64,000 nt of DNA from Seison nebaliae (taxonomy: Eukaryota), in contig JALJEE010002349.1 in the NCBI GenBank assembly GCA_023231475.1, positions 62,001 to 126,000 on the forward strand, written 5' to 3'. Shown one piece after another: positions 38,315 through 47,649 of the stretch. The position numbers and the translations under genes are program-made. Each line of letters opens with the position of its first letter. Position 1 is the stretch's first letter. The notes under the pieces were generated by a model. It was not told the DNA's origin. It was given only the letters and a program-made list of their open reading frames with translations, and did no database searches.

Positions 38315-38766
38315 TATTATCTACCAATTTCCCGATATCGGCTTTTTCCAAAGCCATTCATTGGAAAGACGGTCTACTCATTTATCCCCTTCACGATTTT
38401 CAGACTATATTATGGTCACTATTTATATGATACTAATCAATTACAATCACTTCAAAGTTCACCCTCTATTAGCCGAATTACATTTCTAACATTATCTTAA
38501 AAACCTTTTTCAAATTTCCTTTACAATAATACTCATATAATGATCAGAATCGTTTATTGTGAACTTTCAATGTATCAATTGAGAAATTATTAGATAATTG
38601 AAAATGTTTAACAAATTAAAGAAAATGATGAAGTTTTAGTATATTTTTCATCGATCAGAAATTATAATTAAAAATGATTTAATGAAAATTTAATCATATT
38701 AAGATGATATTATTAGAAATGAGTTTCTTTACTACTTTTTTATAATTTGTGTTTCAAAACAATCTC

Positions 38767-39291
38767 TCAATCAGCGAATGCTGGTGATTTACATAAAACG
38801 TCCAGTAACTCGAACATCCAATCGTCTTTACCTTTTGACTTTTGAGTATCTGAAAAGGTGAAAAGATGCAATTGATAATTATCCCTCTAACAATTGTAAG
38901 TTCAAAAAAATTGTGAAAATGATATTGCAATCAAAAAATTTAATTCGTGATGATAAATGATAATGGAACAATTTCTCAAAATAACTAAAATTGAAACTTT
39001 TTGATATGATTATTTTAAATGCTGAAAAGTTTGTATGGTTAGGTACATCTTCAACTTCGTCGATGACTTTTTCATCTTCATCTTTAATTAAATTTATTCA
39101 AACTAAATACTATAAGGAATGTCAGATAAACCGATTATCCAAAGTCGAAAATGACTGTTTGCATCAGGTAATATTTTGCATATCTTCTGACGTAAATCCG
39201 CAATTGACGTAATTCCTTCAAAATCTACTTCTCCGATAATCTGCAAATTTTCTTTAGCGTCTAATAATTTGACAGTTTTCATTACGGTCAT
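38767..39291 (-). CDS. Orphan family member B (paralog of 34727-35283)
   Basis: Exons 39291-39132, 39081-38998 and 38849-38767; same exon-1 length (160 nt) and intron phases as member A. Confidence 0.65.
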
Positions 39292-39571
39292 TATTATGAA
39301 CAATTATTAGTGAATTTTTATTTTTAATATTTGAATTTACAAAGGATATTTTCTTCGATTAAAATCATTTGTTAATAACACAATCAATATTTTATATGTG
39401 ATCGAATGTTCTCCACATTCTTTTTAGTTCTCCTTTCCATCATTTCAGACGATGTATATCCAGTTTGGGTTCTTCATATGTTTCATAACAATTGAGAATT
39501 TTATTAAGAAAAAAGAAAATATTTGATAGAAAAATGAGAAGTTTTCTTTTAGAATTGACAGCTTCATTCCA

Positions 39572-41137
39572 ATGGCGGATAATAGAAAGAATGAGATTTT
39601 AGAAAAAATATCAAGTTATTCTTCATTTCACCTTGACAACAATTACACAATTGTGAATTGGAAAATTGTTAGAATATGAATTTCCTGACAAATTCCTCAA
39701 ACCGGCAATAGAACAACGATATGTTTATGTGAGATGGATGTTAACGTTATTAGATGGAAGTGGAATAAAGATTAACGATAAATTAAATGGAATTGATATC
39801 GGTTAATTATTTAGTAATTTCCATCTTCTTTTCATATAATATCAGGTGGTGGAGCATCAAATATCTATTCAATAATTTTGAATTTATTGAATGAGAATTG
39901 TAGAATGATATCATCCGATATTGATGGAAATATATTAGATGAAGGAATGAGAACAATAAAGAAAAATAATTTGTCTGAAAATATCAAAAGTTTTTTTAAA
40001 TTAATTTTTAAAAAATTTTTTCAAAATTTTCAAAAAGTGATCAAAGGTAAATCAGATGAATTATTATCTCCATTCTTTGAAAATGATAATGAATCGTCAT
40101 TCGATTTCACATTATGTAACCCACCATTCTATTCAGTTAGTGACGATGGAAGTGTCAGTCGTGAGAATCGAAGTGGACGAAGGAAAATGATCAAATCGAA
40201 ATATTTGGAAGAAGCGGAAAAAGTTGAGATTTGTCTTGATCAATCACTGAGAGATAAATCTCTCACTCTCTTCAATGATTATGAGTCGAAGAGGATAAAT
40301 GATGAAGATCGAAATCGTTTTAAGAAATCGTTGGAAAATGGAAATGAATTATGTTTCGTTGTTGTCCTACTATTGGAGAGTTTAGCATATAAGAATAAAA
40401 TTGGATTGTTTACAACACAATGTGGATTGAAGAGAACATACAAATCGATGAAATGGTTTCTCTCCAAAATCGATAACATCAAATCTTCCTTCCTTCAAGA
40501 AGTTCGTGTTGGTCGATCATATCGATGGTTCTTCGCATGGTCATTCATGTTCCACATACGAACGAATTATCAATTTAACGAAAATTCTTTTCTTTCGACT
40601 AGTCAAGAAAAATATTTAACTTTGAGATTGAACAGAACTCAATTACTTCGTCGATCGATCGAATACAAATCAGTGGAATCATTCGTTGAGAAAACCATCG
40701 AATTGATTTTGGAAAATCAATTGAAAATGGAACAAATTCATCATAATCATTTCTCTGCCAATGTTGCTCTTTGGAAGAATTTCCGTCTTCGAAAACGTCA
40801 ACACAAATCAGATGACAATCTACATAAACAAGAAAAAGAAGAAGAAGAATTTTTTTTGATGGAAAAAAGAACAAAAATAAATAATCAAATTCAATTAAAT
40901 AATAATAATAATAATAATAATAACAACAACAAGAATAATAATAATAATAATAATAACAACGAGAATAATAAGAATAATATGAGGATGAAATCGATAATTG
41001 AATTTCAAATCAATATTGATCTAACGAAATTATTAGATGAGAATATTCTTCTCCAATTCGTATTGATATCAGGATCGAGAGCGGATTTGAATGATATCAA
41101 GGAGTTTCTTCGTCATCGTTTATTGGAAGATAATTAG
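39572..41137 (+). CDS. METTL16: U6 snRNA m6A methyltransferase METTL16, divergent; true start may be 39452
   Basis: Introns at 39615-39672, 39802-39845 and 39990-40037; GIDIGGGASNIY, FDFTLCNPPFY, GNELCFV and GRSYRWFFAWSF motifs; VCR-like W..FRLRKRQ and ISGSRADLNDI. Confidence 0.85.
40898..40978 (+). repeat. (AAT/AAC)n poly-Asn tract within METTL16
   Basis: Trinucleotide repeat encoding long Asn runs. Confidence 0.85.
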
Positions 41138-41528
41138 ATAATAATTTTGAGATGGACCTATAGGAAAGGGAGTGCTGTTTACTGAAGGAAATTCTTCTAA
41201 TAAAAACAAAATAAAAGATGACGAATTGGCTATCCAGTTCCATAATCAATAATCTAGTGCCATATCATCGAATTGATGTGAAAGGAATTATTCCTATCGC
41301 AAATCGATCAATGCTCATTCATTCGAACACATTTTAGTACAAACGAAAAATTTCATTTTTTTCTATTTTCCTTTTCAACAATCTTCTTTTATTAAATTTC
41401 TTTCGTTCACTAATCTCTCATGTACTTCTATCATATTAGTTCACTTTTCATTCTAATAATCCTCTTGGAAAGTTTTCCTTCTATTTATCTATCAGATTAA
41501 TCTCACAATAAACATTTGTTCTCAATTT

Positions 41529-41924
41529 TTGTTTATATCATTAGTTTGTAAGATTGAAGGATTCATCAGCAAACTAAAGAGTGGTCTCTCAGCAGTCAAA
41601 AGTAAATTAGGTGCAAAAAGATTTCCATATGGAACGAAATTGCACGTCAATTTTAATCATGAGATTAATGAGTTTAAATTTATTCAACATAAATTTTCAA
41701 ATGTAAATATGGAATTTATACAACAAATATCTTCTTCTAGAATCATACAGATGAGACATTACGAATTGTTTCATATCGATGAAGACGCTTCATGTGACGT
41801 TGCAATCGATAAAGGATATTTTCTGATCGCCGCGCTAAAGAATGCAGCGGAAATGCAGGGACGAATGCCGAAATATCGGGAAGCTAAAATAGTTAGACTT
41901 TTAACCAAAAAGGAAGCCAGTTAG
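41529..41924 (+). CDS. Possible orphan coding exon, unknown product
   Basis: 131-codon stop-free frame with protein-like composition; starts at TTG and has no recognisable motif. Confidence 0.3.
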   Translation: MFISLVCKIEGFISKLKSGLSAVKSKLGAKRFPYGTKLHVNFNHEINEFKFIQHKFSNVNMEFIQQISSSRIIQMRHYELFHIDEDASCDVAIDKGYFLIAALKNAAEMQGRMPKYREAKIVRLLTKKEAS

Positions 41925-43964
41925 TCTAGCACGAGTTGGCAGACACATTGAAAAGTTAATGTGAGATAACTTGAAAAATAACGTTATTCATTAGAATGAA
42001 CGAGAGAAGAAGATAAATCAAAAAATTTTAATGTTTCTTATGTTCCTCTTTTAGCACATTATGAGGGAAATGAATCGCTTCTGTAAACAACATAGTTAGT
42101 CAATTCATTCGTTGTCATTTGGAGAGGCAATCTACTAATTATGTGCATTCTCCAAATTTAAGGTTTTCACGACTCAACGTCTGTTATGATGCGGATGTTG
42201 GATAGACTTAAATAAGTTTAGACAATCCATGAGATTATTCACACCAAAATAGTCAATTAATCCAGTCGAAAGATCTATCCATCGCTTCATTCATTCGAAG
42301 ATCATAAGATTTGGAAGTTCGGAAACCGTTTGTGATGAAAGAATTGTTTGTTTATTCTTTTCCTGAAAATATTTTGTTCTAAATCCTCTATAATTATCTT
42401 TCTTCTTCATCATCATCAACAAAATCATCAACAACATTGCATTATAACTGAATATTATTTTTGTACTCCATAAAACTAAAAACGGGTTTTTTGTAACTTT
42501 TTCGGTTTAACTTTACGATCGAAATGTCAACATTTCAAGAAATGTTTCTTATTTGAATAAATGATTTATTTGAGGTAAGTTGTTCACAAAGTTCACAAAT
42601 CTCACACAACTAAAAATAACAGTGGAGAGAAGTTCAATTGTGATGATTAATCAATTCGACTATAGGTAAGTTTGTTCGGTATTATATTCTCATTTGACTT
42701 TTTACAAACAAACAGAAAGAAAAGTTTTCTCATTGGAAATAAGAATCATAATTAAGGGAAACTAATAAAACCTAAACTATGTTAGTTAGTTCACGTCGTT
42801 ATGTATTGAGTAACGACCATGAAGCCATTGAAAAGTCGGAAAATTTCTTTGTGACAATTGAAAATTTCGCAACATCCATATCATGTGTTACTATTGAGAG
42901 AAAGCTAAGAGACTCGAGGCTGGTAATCGTCATTTATGTCGTTCTCAATTAATTTCTCATAAAACTTTTGAGTGGTTTAATATGAGAAGAAAGGAATGGA
43001 TTCAAATTTTTTGTTAATGAGAAAAACGAATGAAGGATTAAGGAGCGATGTTATATGCCTCCATCTCTTGATTGAGATAGTTATAGATGAGAGGAGAGAA
43101 TGTTATTAAAAATGGCCGATCAGGAAATTAATATATGGGAGAGAATCGAGGCCATTCTGATTAGAGTAAGTTTGGTTAATGGTTCTTACTGCTTATCATT
43201 TATCAGAATTTCCCTCGATTTATATGTCTAGATTATATTGAATTAAGTTAACTGCAAATGTTGTTTTTCCTTCGAAATTCATGTCTGTCAGGAGCTAGAT
43301 TCGATGATAAAAATTTTGAAGAATGATTATTTATTCGAGAGTTTATCTCATTTCCTGTCAATAATTTAATGGTGCTTCAATCAATATTCTAGTGAGTCTG
43401 CAAATTTCATGATCATTGAACATTTAATACTCTTCTAGCTGAATCGTATTTCTCCTTCTAATATATCTGGTAGGAGAAGAAAATTTTCTCCTTTAGCTCA
43501 ATGGCATCGATTATTCTCTTATCTATTGTCCAGTACCTAGATGTGCAAATGAATTTACATTACAATTCATCAATTGTTCATCCGAAAGAATAATCCTTTG
43601 TCCGAAAAGCACCACAACTCCCTCTAAACTTTACTTTCCCCCACTTGTTCAACACCGTTTTTTTTCCATTCGTCTTTAAGGTGTCGTAGGAGGAATGTAA
43701 CAATAGGAAAAGGAGGAATAATGAATTTAACCTTTTTTACTGATCTGTTTCTCTTGTTTGGAGAATTATCGATCAGATTCACCTTTCGAAGTATTAGTAG
43801 TCAATTAGTTGTCCGATTCATAATCATAAACAAAGTAATGGTTCAAGTGAATTGGCTAATTAGGATATGTTGTGGGCGGAAGAATAGAAAAATACCAAAC
43901 TCTATTTCATAAAAAGAATATAAATATTTTCTATATCTTAAACTAGAAATCATTGTTTGCGAAA

Positions 43965-44858
43965 ATGGAAAATTTTCCGTTTGTTCTCATCATTTATATA
44001 TTCAAACTTATTTTACTCTCACAATGTCATCGCAAATATGTTGTGCGGATCGATGAGAGAAATCGTAATTTGGAAGATTATTTCATGAAATTCAATAACC
44101 GTCATCGATTCATTCCAACTCCAACAACGACAACAACAACAAGACGTCCGATATTCGCCAATCATTTCTATGATGCTCCCGTAATTCGTTTCAAAAATTT
44201 CCGTCAATATCCTCAATTTGGACGACGACAATTTAAAAATTATCAAGATAATTCAATGAACCGACTTAAACAATTTCCATCTCCGATGACCACAACATCT
44301 ACTACTCCAACGACGACAGGATATTCGAAAAAAATAAAATTGCAGAGACATTTTTTGAGATATTTGAGACGAAATCCAAATAAGAAAATTCGCTTAATTC
44401 GGAAGAATATTAACGGAAATAAATTCAATTTACAAATCGTTCCAATTCCAAATAGTCGTCGACATCGTCATCGTCGAATGCAGAAGCGAACGAACGATCA
44501 TCAATACTTCCATCAACCGAGGAAAAGTAGTAGAAGGATATCGAAATCGAATAAACAGAAAACAGAAATTTCTCTTTCAAATAATTTTTCTCGTCTGCAT
44601 CGAACGAGAACCCTCAAATATTTGTTGAGGTGTTGGCATTCGAAAAGTACAAGTTCAATTTACAAGCGAAAATTTTGTCCTCTCCTTTGTACGAGTTCTG
44701 ATCAACATCGATGTTACAATAAAGGAATTTGTTTGAAATATTCGAAAAAGAGATATTCCCATTTGTCTTGGGATCATTCAAAACGGTACAAAGAAGAGTT
44801 CGTTTGTCGATGTGAAAAACATTTTTTCGGCAATCAATGTCAATATCATTCATTTTAA
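43965..44858 (+). CDS. Secreted basic protein with C-terminal EGF-like domain
   Basis: Signal peptide MENFPFVLIIYIFKLILLSQC; dibasic sites; C-x7-C-x5-C-x24-C-x-C-x8-C at the C-terminus; no TM helix. Confidence 0.72.
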   Translation: MENFPFVLIIYIFKLILLSQCHRKYVVRIDERNRNLEDYFMKFNNRHRFIPTPTTTTTTRRPIFANHFYDAPVIRFKNFRQYPQFGRRQFKNYQDNSMNRLKQFPSPMTTTSTTPTTTGYSKKIKLQRHFLRYLRRNPNKKIRLIRKNINGNKFNLQIVPIPNSRRHRHRRMQKRTNDHQYFHQPRKSSRRISKSNKQKTEISLSNNFSRLHRTRTLKYLLRCWHSKSTSSIYKRKFCPLLCTSSDQHRCYNKGICLKYSKKRYSHLSWDHSKRYKEEFVCRCEKHFFGNQCQYHSF

Positions 44859-45005
44859 TTCTGTTGCAGAACTCTAAGGCTCTATAAGACATTTCCTCTA
44901 ATTTGTACCTGTGAAAACTTTGTAAGAGTTTCGTGCCTTATTTGTGTCTTCTACTAATTGTCATTTCCAACTTTTCCAAATTCACCACAATTTCTAAAAC
45001 GGCAA

Positions 45006-46778
45006 ATGTTTAAATATTTTCCCATTATTCTTCTCTTGGTATTCGTTGATGTCAAATGTGTGACGAATGTTGAACGTTGTCATTATTCAATCGAATTTCA
45101 ACAAGTTCAATGTAATCGACGAAATGATTTAGATGATTATAATCCAGATGGAAGTTGTAATAACATCCAGAACTTCTGGTGGGGAATGGCAGATTCGCCT
45201 TTATTTCGAATGTTCGAACCTGAATATTCATCGCAAGAATCAAATATTCGTTTGAGTACAACCGGACATCCATTACCATCAGCTAAAGATATTACAAATT
45301 TCTTATTTCTCCAAGAAGATTTCGATTTTTCGAAACAAACTCTCTCTTCCAAAAATGTGTTGCACATCTCATTCGGACAATTCATCGCTCATGACATGAC
45401 TATGATTCGGACTAATGATGTTAATCGTTGTCTTTGTCCCATGATGAGAAATACGCCACAATGTGCCAACATCGTAAATGGGGAAAGTTGTCTCGAATTC
45501 CCTCGAGGAGTTAAAGCACAAGACGATGGGAATTGTTTAAGAAATGTCAAATCGATCCCAACAGCATTTTTAGATCTTTCATTAACTTATGGTGGTAGTA
45601 TGAATCGAATGAATCAATTACGAGAATTCTCTAACGGTTTCCTCAAATTCCACCAATTCAATGGGAATAATAATCGAATGGATATCCGAACACATTTCCT
45701 TCCTCGAGATCCAAATTCCGTTCCGTGTAATACGAGAAATAAAGATTTCGTTTGTTTCGCTGCTGGAGATAATCGAGCGAATGAATTACCATTTATTACG
45801 TCAACTCAAGTTATGGCACTTCGTCTTCATAATATGATAGCGAGAGATCTTGCACAAATTAATCCTCATTGGAATGACGAACAATTATTTACGATTGCTC
45901 GACGTATAAATATCGGTTTGTTCCAACATATTATTTATAATGAATATCTTCCAACAATTCTTTCCACACATTTCCTTAATAATAATAACATTCTCCAAAC
46001 ATCATCTACATACAATTCTCTTATTAATCCACGAATTACGGCTGCATTCAATGTGGCTGCTTTCCGTATCGGTCACACCCAATTACGACCCGATTTCTTA
46101 GTGGATGGTCAACGATTATTAATCAGTCGCCAATTCTTCAAACCGAATTTATTTTATGAAGGACATCTCAATTCAATCATGAGTGGAATTCTCGAATTGA
46201 ATTCACTCAAAATCGGTTTGAATGCACAACGAGTTGTGACTAAAGAAATTTTGAAAACTGACGAAGCAGATAATGGAATTGATCTCATCTCATTCGACAT
46301 TCAACGTGGCAGAGATATCGGATTAAAATCGTATGTTCATTTCAGACAACTTTGTCATCCACATGAACAACCAATTCGATCATTTGATGATTTGAGAAAC
46401 ATCTTCAAATCGGACGAATTGAGAAAAATTCAACAAATCTATTCGGATGTGAATGATATCGATTTATTTGTCGGAGGTTTAGCCGAACGAATAGACGGTT
46501 CAAAATCTCATGATTTTGGATCAACATTCTCTTGCATTATCGCTGACCAATTTAAACGATCGAAAATTGGTGATCGATTATTTTATACTCACACTACGTC
46601 CTCATTCACCATTCAACAAATCAATGCCATACATTCCGTTTCGTTAACTGATCTACTATGTTCCATATTCAATTTGAGGGAAGTACAAGAACAAGCCTTC
46701 TTCGTTCCATCTTCAACGAATCCACATCGTTCATGTTCGACTGGCAGACGTCTTGATTTATCGAGTTGGCGAGAATGA
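45006..46778 (+). CDS. Secreted animal heme peroxidase, intronless
   Basis: DGSCNN, distal His in GQFIAHD, GDNRANE, proximal His in AAFRIGH, IQRGRD and DIDLFVGG motifs; signal peptide. Confidence 0.93.
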   Translation: MFKYFPIILLLVFVDVKCVTNVERCHYSIEFQQVQCNRRNDLDDYNPDGSCNNIQNFWWGMADSPLFRMFEPEYSSQESNIRLSTTGHPLPSAKDITNFLFLQEDFDFSKQTLSSKNVLHISFGQFIAHDMTMIRTNDVNRCLCPMMRNTPQCANIVNGESCLEFPRGVKAQDDGNCLRNVKSIPTAFLDLSLTYGGSMNRMNQLREFSNGFLKFHQFNGNNNRMDIRTHFLPRDPNSVPCNTRNKDFVCFAAGDNRANELPFITSTQVMALRLHNMIARDLAQINPHWNDEQLFTIARRINIGLFQHIIYNEYLPTILSTHFLNNNNILQTSSTYNSLINPRITAAFNVAAFRIGHTQLRPDFLVDGQRLLISRQFFKPNLFYEGHLNSIMSGILELNSLKIGLNAQRVVTKEILKTDEADNGIDLISFDIQRGRDIGLKSYVHFRQLCHPHEQPIRSFDDLRNIFKSDELRKIQQIYSDVNDIDLFVGGLAERIDGSKSHDFGSTFSCIIADQFKRSKIGDRLFYTHTTSSFTIQQINAIHSVSLTDLLCSIFNLREVQEQAFFVPSSTNPHRSCSTGRRLDLSSWRE

Positions 46779-47649
46779 AAAAATTTAAAAATTCTATAAT
46801 ACATTTTCTGCATCTCTTACTAAATATGCGACTCATCATCTCCTAAAGATTTGCATATCTTTCTAATCTCTTAATTTATTTAACAATAAAAAAGTTTAAT
46901 TTCAGTTCTTCTAATTTCTAAAATGGAATATATACTTCACATATATGTGAACTTAATGTTAGTTATGATCTCTTATAAAAATCGTTGTAAATGATTCCAA
47001 AAATGAAGAATGGAAGAAATAAGAATATTTTCATTTTCAAATTAATTTGTTCATTCATTTCATGCCAATTAGTTTAGCGACTATGAAGCAGAATATAAAT
47101 ATGCTCAATTGATTAAATAAAGAAAATTGATATTCATCTTATCGTTATTATCATCATTGTCATTACTTATTTCATTTCCTTGAGAATGTCGATCTATATC
47201 AACCAAATTCTCAACGAATGATAATCATAACAATGACAGGAATGAAGATGTTGGATTAGAATATCATTTTTTTTTCAAATGTATACACCGGGGGAAGCAC
47301 TCTTCTGTTATTCTTAATAAAATTGTTATGATCATGATAATTGAGTTATTGTCCCTTTCACGGGAATGGAGAGAGGACAGATATAGATGAAGTGAATTAA
47401 TGGAATAAATTTCAATAGAAATAATTGTGTGTTGGTTGAAAAAAAATGGTGGAGCATGAAATTCTCTTGAAAGTGGTTTAGATAAAACTCGTAAAAAAAT
47501 GGAAATTGAAAGGAGGAAAGTAGAAATATTTAAAGAGGAATATGTGTGTGTTTGTGTGTGTTATGTGTTGTGTGTGGTATATAAAAGGAAACTATCACAT
47601 TTGGATATTGAAAAAAATTTGGGAGTTAGTAGAAATGTTGGAGAATGTG

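Noticed and set aside
14978..41137. Clustering of splicing genes CWC25, SF3B4 and METTL16
   Set aside because: Spread over 26 kb among unrelated genes; compatible with chance in a gene-dense genome
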